From sequence record OR805292.1: 64,000 bases of DNA; one strand, 5' to 3'. The position numbers and the translations under genes were made by a program. Below are positions 43,953 through 56,363 of this stretch, one piece after another. The notes beneath the pieces were generated by a model. The model did not search any database and had not been told where the DNA came from. It saw only the letters and a list, made by a program, of their open reading frames with translations. The first letter of the stretch is position 1; each line of letters starts with the position of its first letter.

Positions 43953-46869
43953 TTCATGACCATATAATCTATATACTACTGTGTCTTTAACTATATTTTC
44001 TATATCAGCTAGTTTGTATTCAATAACTTGGTATTCTATGCCAGCGACACAATGCTGTTATATAGACATAATAACACGCGACGCTGATATTTTTATAACC
44101 TATCCATTTTATAATAACATACTTGTATCTAAAATTATTTCTAATACAATACCTGTAGGAAGTTATGAACACTATATTAGAGATATGTCGTGGAATAAGA
44201 AATGATTATATAACAGTCAATAATTTTACATATGACTACTATCTAGAGGTAAACACACCTGCGTTTTCTTTAATGATAATTATTCCGACAGTTCCTATAT
44301 TAGACAATACTTGCATTACTTTTATAAAAAAGTATTAATATGAATATATTCTTTATATCAAACGGTCTATCTAATATAATATATCACAAAGATAATTTGA
44401 TACAACATAATATACATATGATAGATATTGAGATTAATAATTCTACTGTTATTTGGCTTACATATTCTTTCAATATTACTAAAGTATCATTTAAATATAT
44501 TATCTAATTCATTTTCTTATTGTACGAATTGCAATTGCAAATTACTCTTATTTGTAATTGCATATAAACAATCAGTTGCTATTAAAAGTATTTGCTGTTA
44601 ATATATTATATAACAGTGCAATTGATATTTTAAAATACAGTGTGCAATGCATCTTACATGTATTAAAATTTGTGTGTTACTTGGTTTGCATTAATGATTA
44701 ATATACCTCTCTTACAGTACAAAACTAATACTATAGACAATTTGTTCGGGGGATCGTTCTCGAAAAGTATACAAGTGAGAGATAACAGTCTAATTATACT
44801 TGTTAGTTTTTATATAGAAGGTTCTAAATATAGAAAATTTGTATACAACAAAGAATACCTCGAAGGGATTTCAGCATATGCAAACAACAATCGTTAATGC
44901 CCTAAAATCTATTAATGTAAAGTATTCGGATATATTTTACACAAATGGTAATTTGTGTAATACTGTTACAATACGAAATATTCGCAAAAACGGTAAATTA
45001 GATTCGGCAGAACAAATTAATGTTGAATCAGTTGTGAGCAATTATTTGATTCAAAAAGATTTAAATTTGCCCTTTTCTATTCAATGGGCAAATAATGCTT
45101 GCTGTGAAGAGTATACTACACTTATTCTCTTCTTCAGAAAATAGTGTATGATTAGATTAAAAAGATATGTTCAATTGCATAGCATATACAGATTGTCTTA
45201 CTATGCGCACGGCATACATTTTAGCAAAACAAAGAAGATAATGCTTTACGTAGGAAACGCAGGTCCCGTACCCGTAACATGACAGTATATAGCGTTAAAA
45301 TGTGCATTTTTTGCACGATTTTGCGGGGTATGCGTTACAAGCAATACACACATACTGCTTTTAAAATGCATGCTTACATGCGCTTTGTAGGGGGTTTAAA
45401 ACATGCTTAAATTAGTTACCACTGTGCTATACAACGTCTGTGTAGCTTCGTTGATAATGATTGTGTTTGTATGTGGTATAAATTTAGTAATGTATATAGA
45501 TAACAATACTGACAATAATCCAGTTGTTATCTTTATTTCCCTTCTATCGGTTATTTGGGGCGTTGCGCGGATAAGCTATATGTTTGTTACTATCCAATTT
45601 CAGTCCAAGAAATAAAAGTATTGGTAACATATGATAGATAAAAACGGAAATACAGAAGACTTTGATTTTGATAAGGCATGCACTATAACTGATCTGTCTG
45701 TTCCTCTTCAGCAAAAAATACAATCATATAAATTAAATAAAATATTGGTTATGGTTGCAATCCTTAAATATTCGAATATAAAACAAGAAATTGGATGTTT
45801 CGCTATCATATGGGATCATATAATAAAAATAACAGTTGAAGTAAAATGCAATCCGTATGCAGAAACACACATACTCATGCATGCGCATGTATTTTCTAAT
45901 TCCGATTCATGTACTCATAGTGTATTGCTGAATTACAGAAACAAATATTTACCCACTAATTATTATAATTAATATGGAAGATATTCTTAAAATTGCTAAA
46001 CTAATCGGGTACGTAAACATACATGCAAATAAACATTTTCAGTATGTTTTTAACAAAGATATGGAACATGTATGTGTTAGTGCCAAGACTAGGACAAGTA
46101 TGAACGGAATAAAATACCTTTATGTAGTAATGAATATATATTATATATATTGCCATCAAGAAAGTGTTGCCGTTATATTAAACGAAGTAAACACTGATGA
46201 AATGCCTGTATTAGATAATCTTTATGCTAAACTTAATGATTTAGTTACACATAAATCTGTTATAAAATTTAAATATACAGAAATAACACAAGAACAAATA
46301 GATTTGTTGAATAATAGTGAAAGATATATAGTATATTTTGACTCTAATTTAGAATACGGAATAGCTTCGTTTTATTAATTTTGAGGAATATATGAAAAAA
46401 CAAACAGGTTTTACAGATTGGCCATTGATTAGTTTAGGTACAATTATTATCTTGTGTGTATGGGTATTAATTCTACAATATACAGAAATAAATGTACTAG
46501 AAGAAAAATGTAACAAAGTAGGTGGTATTTTTAATAACACCGTTTGCATACGGTCAGATGCAGTTATTAATTTAGATAAGGTAAAATAAAATGCCAAAAC
46601 TTTACGTTAACAAAAAACATGATACCATTTATCTTCAGTTAGATCATTTCTCATCTAATACTGTATCTCCAATTAATTACAACGAAGATGTAGAATATGT
46701 AATTGATAGGATCCGTAGTCTGCACAAATCCGGCTTCGGATTTAGTCATATGAATACTCTACAAGAATATCTTACGGCAAGAACAGAACAGGATAAGAAG
46801 TTTAAGCTTAAAGTAGAAGACTTCGAAGTAGTATCATTTAAGATTTAAAATTATACATAATCAAAGTAT

Positions 46870-46898
46870 TTGACATTTGATGTGTATACTAGTATAAT
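46870..46898 (+). promoter_or_regulatory. Perfect sigma70 promoter with no downstream ORF
   Basis: TTGACA-17-TATAAT. Confidence 0.92.
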
Positions 46899-46904
46899 TT
46901 GCTC

Positions 46905-47520
46905 ATGCTGTCGTAACAGCTACTTTGTTCCATTCACAAGCAGCTCTGTTCCATTATTGGATATTGGTAGTAGAAACTATCCCCATCGTGCCCACAGTAT
47001 TGTTCTGTTAGAGACAGGTTAAAGCATACAAAAGTGGGTTATTTAAATTATGATTTTGGGTGCTGAAGTATAGTCGTTAGACAAGGATATGTCTAATGTT
47101 GCAAAGGACTATGCGAAACGTATTATATATCTTATCCGATATTAGATATGTAATAAAAGGATGAAGCTCTGGTAGAAACAGAGTGTAATTCTTGCTTGTA
47201 TTTCACACGGATATACAAAAGAATATACACACCAACTTCAGCATTGATGTGAATTTTCTAGCATAGGTATATAACATCGATGTTCCGGGATTCATTGGAA
47301 ACAATGAGAGAATGATGTAATCTGAGGAAAAAGGTCCCCGCCTCGTCCATATTACGAAATGGTTTTGAGTACTTATGCCCTCGTCCTATATTGGCATATG
47401 GGTTTTATATTCTCCCGTAATTACGGGAGAATATAATTTCCTGAACCTACTTGGAAATGGACGCTTCTGCTGTGCTTCGCACAGCATCTAAGGGCCTTCA
47501 CCCTTACCGCTAAGAGCAAG
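46905..47520 (+). ncRNA. Candidate ~620-nt structured RNA
   Basis: Nested long-range helices (TGCTGAAGT/ACTTCAGCA, ATAGTC/GACTAT, GTCCAT/ATGGAC) and many hairpins; no ORF of 60 aa or more. Confidence 0.65.
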
Positions 47521-47763
47521 AGCAAAAGCAATATAATTACAAATAAGAATTAATTATTGTTTAGTTTTATCGTAATGAATATGAAGATAAAAACTAAACA
47601 ATAATTCACATGTAGCGTTAGCTACTGTGAATATCTACTATAGTATTAACCATATATGTATACAAGGGCATAATATGACTGTTACTTGTTGACAATTTGA
47701 TATATGTGTTACACTTCGTATATTAAATATACATTACAATGTTTTGATTATTAGGAACATACT

Positions 47764-48900
47764 ATGTCATTATCTCTGACTGCTGCTATTAATCGATATA
47801 CTAGTCTAATAGAAGAAAATTTCAAAATAAATTATCTGAAGAATTTTGAGTCAGGATATATCTCATATAAATTACTAAGAAATAAAACATTCCTACATAC
47901 TGAAATATCACATAGTCTTGATTATATAAAGGTAATTATTTCTTATACATATGTAGAAAATGATGTCAAACTAGATGAAAAAACACCTGTTGTACATTCG
48001 TATATTTCTATTACTGATTGCTCTAAATTTAGAGTAGGAGATATAAGAATGTTTTACGATTCAGTTCCTCGTGGAAATGTTTTTAATATTAAAGAGAATA
48101 CTCAAGTTAGTTGGGCAACAGCTAATATTGGAATTCACGAGAATCCGTTTAATCTTAATTATATTTCGAACAATAAGTATATTCGATTAGAAACAGGAGA
48201 TATATTTGTCTGTATTAATGATAGTATGGTAAATGAACTACAAGAACATATGCATGTTCATTCTATATGTACTGACAAAACAAAGAAGTTTTATGTAAGA
48301 GAAATTGATTTGAATATGCTACATTACAAAAAACACATTATGGAATAAAGAATGAACTACAAAGCATTAGAAGTATTTTATTTCTTTCTAGAACATTACA
48401 AGGTAAATCCAGTTGCCGACTTGGAATTTAAATTCGAACCCTCAGGTAGTGATGATCAATCTAAGCGCAAGTCATCACTGTCGTTTGTTAAACGTATTGG
48501 TGTTCTTACCCTTCCATTCAACGAATTATACGAAGTTCAGAATCGATTCATGTCAGATCTTCGAGAAATGAATGTAGTATATAAGATAGGATTTAATTAT
48601 AATGCATTCAACGTATTAGCACCTTTGTATGCAAGATATGAAAAGAATGTAAAAGAATTTCGTCGACTTTTAAAGAAATACTCAAGTTTCAACGAAGTAA
48701 CAGAATATTACAAAAAAGCTAACAACATGTTACCGGACAATGTATACGAAACAATGAAGGAAGATTTTTCATTGTTTAACGACGTTACTACAAAGAGGTT
48801 ATCTGAAATAAAACTTTGTTATCCTAATTGGCAAGTATGGGATTCTGAACATCCCAACTGGGAAACAATAAATCAACGTTATAAGAATGCAAAGAAATAA
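47764..48900 (+). other. Two hypothetical ORFs (47764-48348, 48352-48900)
   Basis: AGGA SD, chained ORFs, terminator at 48911. Confidence 0.75.
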
Positions 48901-48910
48901 TGCATATTTA

Positions 48911-48976
48911 GAAAGGGAATTATAATTCCCTTTCTTTTTGGATCTATATTAGCAAATGCTAATTAATCTTATTTGC
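48911..48976 (+). promoter_or_regulatory. Terminator plus 25-bp palindrome junction
   Basis: GAAAGGGAATT-ata-ATTCCCTTTC then GCAAATGCTAATTAATCTTATTTGC (48952-48976). Confidence 0.8.
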
Positions 48977-49612
48977 ACAAATTTAATCCTATTGTGTTTT
49001 CTATTTTGAAGTGCTACATTACATGTAGTTGCATAAAACTATACACAGGAGAAATGATATGTGGGATATCAAAGACGGGGATGATATCGAAGTCGAAGCA
49101 GTTATGGATGAACGAAGCTATGAGTGGACCGGCAAGTTACGTATCATCCAATATCGGACCCTTCAATCAGCTCAGTGGCGTGTTATTATCAATATAGTAG
49201 AATTTTGGAGTCATTCTACTGAAAGTATACTGAACGAACTTGGTATAGAAGCTAAACACATCACTAAAGGATATGCCACACTTAGCATGGTTCGTTTCCC
49301 GGAGGTTGATTACCTATTTAGTGTAACACCCGATAATGCAGATTATGTAACTGTTAACCACAGTGCAGTAGACATTACTGACAGTTGGTTTGTTGCAAAA
49401 AACATAAAAGCAGTTATGTATCATATGGGATCTGAAATCCAGATCACTCCGTGGTTTGTGCGTAAAGATAGTGGCGAGTCAAATTTCAATTGTATTGATC
49501 GATTAGTAGCTCTAGTGAAAGAGAATACTGATGTCGACACGTATCAGTACATCAAGATAGGTTGTCCTGAGGACAAGTCATTTTACTTTGCGTGGATAGA
49601 CAAATAATTCGT

Positions 49613-49649
49613 TTGCTATACGTACTAATACGTTGTATACTGTTAGTAC
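49613..49649 (+). promoter_or_regulatory. sigma70 promoter of the GC island, overlapped by an inverted repeat
   Basis: TTGCTA-17-TATACT with CGTACTAA-N-TTAGTACG spanning the spacer and -10. Confidence 0.7.
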
Positions 49650-51734
49650 GCATAGTAGAAGTAACACATAACGTTTTGATTTAATGGAGTTCTAACATGA
49701 AAAAAGAATTTGAATCGTGGATTCGGACTCGTTCTCCGGCGCCGCTTGCATATAATGCAGCCGACGACTTGTACCTCAACCCGCATGTTCAGGCACGCTA
49801 CGAAGCCTGGAAAGCCAGTCGTATGGCACTAAGGGTAGTGTTGCCGAAATCTCACATGGCGTCGGAATACGCGCCCAAAACAAAAGTTTTCAATACAACC
49901 GATATGGAACTGGCCCTCCAAGAAGCCGGCATCGAAGTGTCGCTATGAAGACGTTTTTGAAGATGCTCGCATATTGCGTGCTTGGGACATCAATTGGCAT
50001 TGCCATAAGCCAATGGTTCGTCTTCGTCCTAGAGATGAGGCTTGGCACCGCGCTCTGGTACATCGTTGGCCTTGGTCCTGTGCTGCTTGTGTTTTGCATT
50101 TTGGGCAGCTTCCTTCACTGGCTGATTCATAAGCACTTAGAGAAAAAGTAATGACCGGAATTGAGGTAGTGAAATGAGCAGACTAACAGCCGAGCAAGCC
50201 CGTGACATAGCGCGAGCGAAAGACGATGTCGATGCCATCCTTAACGACATCGCCAAAGCAGCAGCAGAAGGAAAGTACGTGTACACTACCCGCGCCTATG
50301 GGTTCGGCATCGGCACCTCGCGGCGCAGCGAAGCGATCCTCAAAGTGTTGCGTAGCCTCGGCTACGACTGTGCGGTGCATGCTGAGGGACGCCAGTCTGT
50401 TGACCTGTGGCTTGAAGTGAAATGGGGAGACAAGCCATGACTAACAACCCCGGAGATTCAAAAATGATCGTAGAAAACACCAAGCAAGCCGCCGAAGACT
50501 TCAAAACTTCCATGGCTAAGATTTTTCCGAATTACATCGCCGCCGCGTCGGTTTCCGATAACCTTGGTCCGTCGATGACAATTTCGTTTGCGAATGTCGG
50601 TTGCGCTTCCGAAGCCCCGAACAGCATTCTGATGAATGCGAGCGGTTACATGCGCTTTATGATGCATTTGTGTGACAATCGCGGGAATGTATTGCCGGAA
50701 GGTTCGCCGGTCGAAATTGAGCTGCTAACGTGGTCTATCCCCTATCGTTCGGAAGTGATCAAGTTCCGCAAGATCAAGGGCAAGACACCAGCCGAAGCTA
50801 TGCAAAAGCTAGTCAAGTGGTTTGAAAAAAACGCCGAAGCTATCCGGGGTCTGTAATGGTCTCCACGTAGGACACGCAGAATGAACATTGTGTTGGACAA
50901 ATTGCTGTTTGGCGGTTTCATCGACCAGCACCGCAATGAACTTGCCCAGCAACAACTGAATCGGTTGTTTGCCAAGTACGGTGAGCCGAAGATTGGTATC
51001 ACACGGGCATGCTTTCTATCTAAGCATTACGTCCTGAAGTTCCCGATTAATGACAGGGGTGAGCGGTGCAACGATTGGGAAGGTAGCTGTTCTGGCAGCT
51101 ACTTGGCACGCGGACGCTGGCTAGAAATCGGAGGCTTCATTTGCGTCATGCAAGAGCGTTTGGTTGAAGTGGATTGGAAGAACAACACCTGTGCAAACTT
51201 TCCTGATTGGGTAGGCAGCATAGATTGTGGTCAAGTCGGCTACGATAAACATGGCGTTCTGAAAGCGTATGACTTTGGGTGAAGCATGACCATCAATTTG
51301 TTTGTTGTCAACACAAAGAACGAACCTATCCCAACCGACCACAGGTCGATACTCCGCTATCTTGGCCTTAGCCTGCACACGCAAGGCTGTCGCGTATCTG
51401 CCAAATTCAGCAGCGGTAAGTTGAAGCTGAACAACTACAACATCGAATTTTTTCACATGGCGGACGAGAACGATGAACTTCGCCGCCTTTGCTCCTGCGC
51501 TAAGCAATATAACCTCAGCATGACACTGCAAGCGAAGGAGGAGATCACATGATCTGTGTAATCGCTCTAGTCCTTGCCTTCTCTGGTCATCCCGGGCTGG
51601 CCATTTACGCCTGCCTAATCGCTTACATTTTGGGTGACTAACATGCGCATCGTCAGCACTCCACTTCGCAAAAGCGCCCGTAATTGTGAACACGCCCTTG
51701 CAAAGGCTATTACCGAAATGGCGGAGATGATTCC

Positions 51735-52049
51735 ATGACCGACACCAACAAAATAAAAAAGCTAGCAAAACTGGCTACGCCGGGTCCGTGGTATGCGACC
51801 TGGGAGGAAGGCGATGACATTGCATGGTCGAATCTGTTTCCTGTAATCCAAGCGGACAATGGCGAAGTCGTGATCGGTAACGAAGGCTTTTACAGCGATT
51901 TGGAGCAGGACAAGGCTAACGCCACTTTCTGTGCTGCCGCCAACCCCCGAGCCGTCCTCGACTTGCTAGACGAGATCGACAAACTCAAGGCAGAGAACGA
52001 GTCGCTGCGCGAGTCTGTCGATCGACTTGCCGAGATGCTGCGATCTTAA
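51735..52049 (+). CDS. Ead/Ea22-like protein
   Basis: KLAKLATPGPW ... NATFCAAANPRAVLDLLDEI. Confidence 0.75.
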   Translation: MTDTNKIKKLAKLATPGPWYATWEEGDDIAWSNLFPVIQADNGEVVIGNEGFYSDLEQDKANATFCAAANPRAVLDLLDEIDKLKAENESLRESVDRLAEMLRS

Positions 52050-52073
52050 CGAAATCCTCAAAGGAGCTACCAA

Positions 52074-52301
52074 ATGATCGACATCAACAAAATGAAGAAG
52101 CTAGCGGAACAGGCTCTCGATTGTAAATTTGATAGCTATGTGGCGTTAATAGCATCAGCAAAACCACAAGAAATTCTCAGTCTTATAGCTGAGCTGGAAC
52201 AGCTAAAGGCAGAGAATGCCAGAATGCGAGCAGCACTACAGGCTGTTGAATCGGAGCTCACCCATATGACATCTACGAACAACCCGACTGGGAAACAATA
52301 A
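52074..52301 (+). CDS. Ead/Ea22-like short paralogue
   Basis: MIDINKMKKLAEQA ... ASAKPQEILSLIAELEQLKAEN. Confidence 0.6.
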   Translation: MIDINKMKKLAEQALDCKFDSYVALIASAKPQEILSLIAELEQLKAENARMRAALQAVESELTHMTSTNNPTGKQ

Positions 52302-52826
52302 ATCAGCTTTATAAGAATGCAAAGAAATAATTGAAGTAAAGCGAGAGAATTATCATTATGATCCTACCAGAAGGAGCAGCATAAATGAGCCTCAAATATA
52401 ACGGATATGTCTTTAACATCGGTATCCATGGTCAAAACGAAGCTATTAGTGAATACGCCTATCCCACTGATGATCCCGAAAGTGATAAAAAGAAAGCTTT
52501 TTTGGCTGCAATGACAAAATTCGTCGAATCAGATGATTTCGAGAAATTTACTAATCAAATGTATAACAATTTCTCGATTAATGTTCAAGCACTAGTTTCT
52601 ACGTCTACAGAGTAAATTTTCAGTATTGATGCCGATATAGACTATTTCAGTTTCTTGTATCAGCATCAATATTGCAGAAAATAAAGAATAATTAATTCCA
52701 GTTCTTTGTTCCTGCATTAAATGATAATAAAGAAGGCATGACTACTTTGTCTTTGATGCTAAGTAGTAATTATCTTATGATAACTACAAGCATATCGACT
52801 AGCTATTATAATAAAGGCAAAAATAA

Positions 52827-53003
52827 ATGAACATTTTAAAACATATATATTGGGCTGTGCGTTATGGTGATTGGAATATAGGATGGGATCCGACTTGGGG
52901 TAGCAAACCCAATGAACCTTTTATTTGGTGTAAGCCGATATATTATGACGGACATCATTGCTACCTACGTGTCGGCTACTTCTGGATAGGAGTAACATAC
53001 TAA
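52827..53003 (+). CDS. Small Trp-rich protein (58 aa), below the track cutoff
   Basis: Translated by hand: MNILKHIYWAVRYGDWNIGWDPTWGSKPNEPFIW... Confidence 0.65.
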   Translation: MNILKHIYWAVRYGDWNIGWDPTWGSKPNEPFIWCKPIYYDGHHCYLRVGYFWIGVTY

Positions 53004-53054
53004 CATTTACAATATATCTATAAAAGAATATATTAGTAACACAGTTGTTAAATT

Positions 53055-53079
53055 GCAAACACTAATTAATCTTATTTGC
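53055..53079. promoter_or_regulatory. 25-bp palindrome (Fur-box-like)
   Basis: GCAAACACTAATTAATCTTATTTGC. Confidence 0.75.
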
Positions 53080-53244
53080 ATTTGCTATCTTGTATAATAG
53101 AAACGACTTCTAAACATGGATATGGGACAGAAAACTTAGATAAGATCTCTGTTACAAATTTTTGAGTTACAATGCATAGTAGTTTTGCTATTATGTGTTT
53201 ATAGAAATGTAATAACAGAACTAAAACATAAAGGATTGTCCGTC

Positions 53245-54896
53245 ATGAAAAGTTACGCAAAGTTTTATGTAGGGACAAACATTTATGATGCCGAAGTACC
53301 GGATTTAGACATAAACATGCCAGATGCAGAACTTTTCGAAGTAGCATTGCATCAAATGGCAGTACAGTGGTCTAGCACTGCCGGGCATCCGCATCACAAG
53401 GATGCAATGCGTAAAGACGGAAAAGTAGCCCGGAGTAAAGAACGGGTGTATATTCGCGGCAACGGCTGGTCAATTTCGTTGCATAGTCCCGAATTTGTAG
53501 AAAAACATTCGGCATACCTTGCCGCAGCAGAATGGAAACTACTAACAGATTTGCTTGTATTTGACACCTGCTGGAACGCTAGTTAGTAATTCTCTCTACA
53601 CAGGAGAACGGTAATGAATGATATCAGTGTAAGAAATATGCGTTATATTGTACGTGGTTTTGTTACTCATGCAATTGCCCAGGGTTATTCAGTTTCCGTT
53701 TATGAAGGGGGCGATTGGGCGATCGAGAAGAGTACTTCTGTAAAAGATATTATGAATTCTATCATGTCCACCGACAGCGATACATTCTGTATCTATAATG
53801 CAGAGAAGGTGAAGGTAGGTCATGTGTATTGCATTTATTGCAATAGTGATTACGAAGTTATTGCAGATTATACCGATTCACCTCTTATGCAATCGATTCT
53901 CGTTGAAGCTCTACGCAGAGCAAATCGAATAGAAGAACTGAGCTGAGAAAAAGAAGCAGGAATTATTCCTGCTTCTTTTGTATGTTACAAGTTAAACAAG
54001 ATTATTTTGCATTTGCTATGTAATAATATTTTCTATTGAATTAAATATTATATGTGTTACTATATGCACAGTGCTGTTAAACAAAGCGATAAATTAATAG
54101 CTATGGCAAATAAATTACATATCATCTGTGCAAAATGTGGTAGCACTCTTATAAACATAAAAATACCAAAAGTATGTGCAGATGATCCATTAAATGTAGT
54201 ATATTTTTCGTGCGAAAACTGTAAGGAACTTACAGGCATATACGAATGGGCAGAAACAAATAATCGCAAAGTAGTTGACGATAGGTAAGAAGTAAATGGA
54301 AGCATATACAGATTGCCCTATCCTACTGATCGGTGATGCTCCGCACGAAGAAGCACCTATAAGAAAAATAATTATAAAAGGTTATGATTTTAAATATATC
54401 TGGGCAGTATACTATTATATGGATTTAATTCCTATACGGGTTCAGATAAAACGCTGTTATGTGTACGAAACTCCAGGTAGAGTAGGTCATGTAAAATCTA
54501 TTAGAGAAGAAGTATTAAGAAAACGCAAAAAGAAACAACGTGACATATGTGAATACGATACATATCAAGATGAAGACGATTTTTGGAAAGGAATGTATTA
54601 AAATGCATAATACTCGTATTGTTGTTCGACTCAATGTTATCACTCCTATTTCAACTGCCAATGGCGTTGTAGTTGATTCAGTAGTCCGCGGGCATCGAGC
54701 AGGCATTAAGCAAGGCAAACAAATGTATCATGTTTATTCTATTCAAACAGGCGAGTATCTCGGTTTGAAATCAGAAGACGACGTAAGCGAAATTAAACCG
54801 TCTTCGTATGAAGAATTTCTTACTCCGAGAACAATTACTTCAACCGAAGTAGAACAAATTAAATCTTCTTTCGAATGGTACGAAGCTAACGTTTGA
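53245..54896 (+). other. Hypothetical cassette ORFs (53245-53586, 53614-53946, 54052-54288 Zn ribbon, 54296-54601, about 54603-54896)
   Basis: SD-preceded ORFs; terminators at about 53947-53978 and 54900-54925. Confidence 0.7.
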
Positions 54897-55131
54897 TATA
54901 AAGGGGGAATAATTCCCCCTTTATTTTTCTTTTATAAACATAAATAATTCGCATTTGCACCGAAGATGCTTTATAACGCATAAATTTACATAGCTAATAC
55001 ATACATATTGCTAACGTTAAAAAGCGCGTTATATAGCTTATAATTGCATATTGTGCAATGCATTTGTTGGTGTTATATTAAACATGCGCAACAATCAACT
55101 ATACAAAAACATTTATTATGGAGATACAACA

Positions 55132-55422
55132 ATGAAAAATACACTGTGTCTCGTTGCATTTTTGGGTCTCACAGTAATAGCTCACACTTATGCAGCAGAT
55201 TCTGCAAATAAAGACGTGAGTACCCTCACTATGGAACAGGATCTAGAAACATATCTAAACGAAGAGTTTGGATTAACAGGGAAAGTTAATTGCAATAATG
55301 CTGTTAACGGAATGTTCGAATGTGTCATGCACGACGGACAAAAGAAATACATGTTTGCATGCAATGCAGAAGACAGTGTATGCATAGTAGTATCTGTCCC
55401 AATTAAAGGAATTCGGTTATGA
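55132..55422 (+). CDS. Exported Cys-containing protein
   Basis: GGAG SD; signal-peptide-like MKNTLCLVAFLGLTVIAHTYA; four Cys in the mature part. Confidence 0.65.
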   Translation: MKNTLCLVAFLGLTVIAHTYAADSANKDVSTLTMEQDLETYLNEEFGLTGKVNCNNAVNGMFECVMHDGQKKYMFACNAEDSVCIVVSVPIKGIRL

Positions 55423-55829
55423 AAAAAGCTCTTTCATGTGTAATAGGTATTATTGTTCTGTTACTAGGCGTATTTATGGTAGATAATCCTGCAATAGGAT
55501 TAATGCTAGGAGGGTTAGTAGGCAGTTATATTTTCAGCATAGGCGGAGTAATTCTATGTGTTATATCGTTTATGATATTTGCACTTGCCTTTGTTGAGAT
55601 GAAATGAATGATTTATTTAAGTATTTGGACATTTGTATCTATAATAGTATCGATATATCATAATATTTTAACTATAAAAATGCATAAACAGGTACTGTTG
55701 TATAAAGATTATACTTTTTATAAGGAAAGATTAGATTTTGTCTGTAATAGTTATATATTTTTCAATGTAATATTCTTCATTTTCATTGCATGCGTTACAA
55801 AATAGATCACAAAAAGTTTTAAAATTCAG

Positions 55830-56349
55830 TTTACAGCATGCATAGTTTTACGTATTATAAACACACAAAGCAATACAGCATAACGCATTGTAAGCAACAC
55901 TAAACGGGAGACACCGTCCCGCAAGCAGCCCGCCCGCGATGTTCGCGGGCTGCGGCAAACAGGTGTACAAGGTCTAGTAACGTGGAAGGCGCAGCATACC
56001 TTTCCCTAAATCGGAAATTGGTCAATGACGTACCTGCCCCTGGACACTGCTAGACCTTGCTGCTACAAGCGGGACAGCTACAAAGGTACACTGTATGTAT
56101 CTATGCTTTACCCCGCTTTGTAGCAGGTCTTAAAAACGGTCTACTGGCATATGCTTTAGTGCTAGTAGGAATCATTAACCTACAACTATTATATGCTTCC
56201 TGGAGGTGAAGAGTATGCCGCCGCAGCATTAAATATACATTATGATGATGATAATTATGAATGCCGAAACACCGCTTCGATTCGTTTAAAAGACAGATGT
56301 CTGAATCGAATGTTTTTGGGCAAAAAGGTCCCTTAGATGGGATTTTTTT
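55830..56349 (+). ncRNA. Candidate ~485-nt structured RNA including its promoter and terminator
   Basis: TTTACA-17-TATTAT (55830-55858); helices GTCCCGC/GCGGGAC, GCAGCCCGC/GCGGGCTGC, CAAGGTCTAG/CTAGACCTTG, GCTACAAAG/CTTTGTAGC; hairpin plus T7 at 56328-56349. Confidence 0.65.
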
Positions 56350-56363
56350 GCGGCTGCTAACTA

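Larger units (their letters stand above)
49697..52301 (+). mobile_element. GC-rich, probably horizontally acquired gene island
   Basis: Sharp rise in GC; about 10 short chained ORFs typical of accessory regions of smaller phages. Confidence 0.65.
48847..52330. repeat. 54-bp imperfect direct repeat (48847-48900 and 52277-52330) bracketing 3.4 kb
   Basis: 50/54 identical by manual alignment; first copy is the 3' end of ORF 48352-48900. Confidence 0.9.

Noticed and set aside
43094-43963. Alternative-frame and antisense ORFs over 43206-43910; likewise over 2537, 41634, 49.7-52.3 kb and 61898
   Set aside because: Expected shadows of GC3-biased genes; only the SD-preceded frame has coherent codon bias.
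47315-47345. RNase P RNA (GAGGAAA...GTCC)
   Set aside because: Spacing differs from GAGGAAAGUCC and no 3' P4 partner is seen.
41190-47520. Group I or II introns for the structured intervals
   Set aside because: They do not interrupt a gene, GACTA/TAGTC elements are in the wrong order for P7, and no domain V is seen.
55940-56090. Cobalamin or c-di-GMP-I riboswitch
   Set aside because: Only scattered short matches (GGCAAAC, CTGCCCC, AGACCT) in the wrong structural context; left as an unclassified RNA pending cmscan.
56200-56240. tmRNA tag (EEYAAAA)
   Set aside because: No stop codon follows the Ala run, and no tRNA-like 5'/3' ends with a T-arm and CCA are present.
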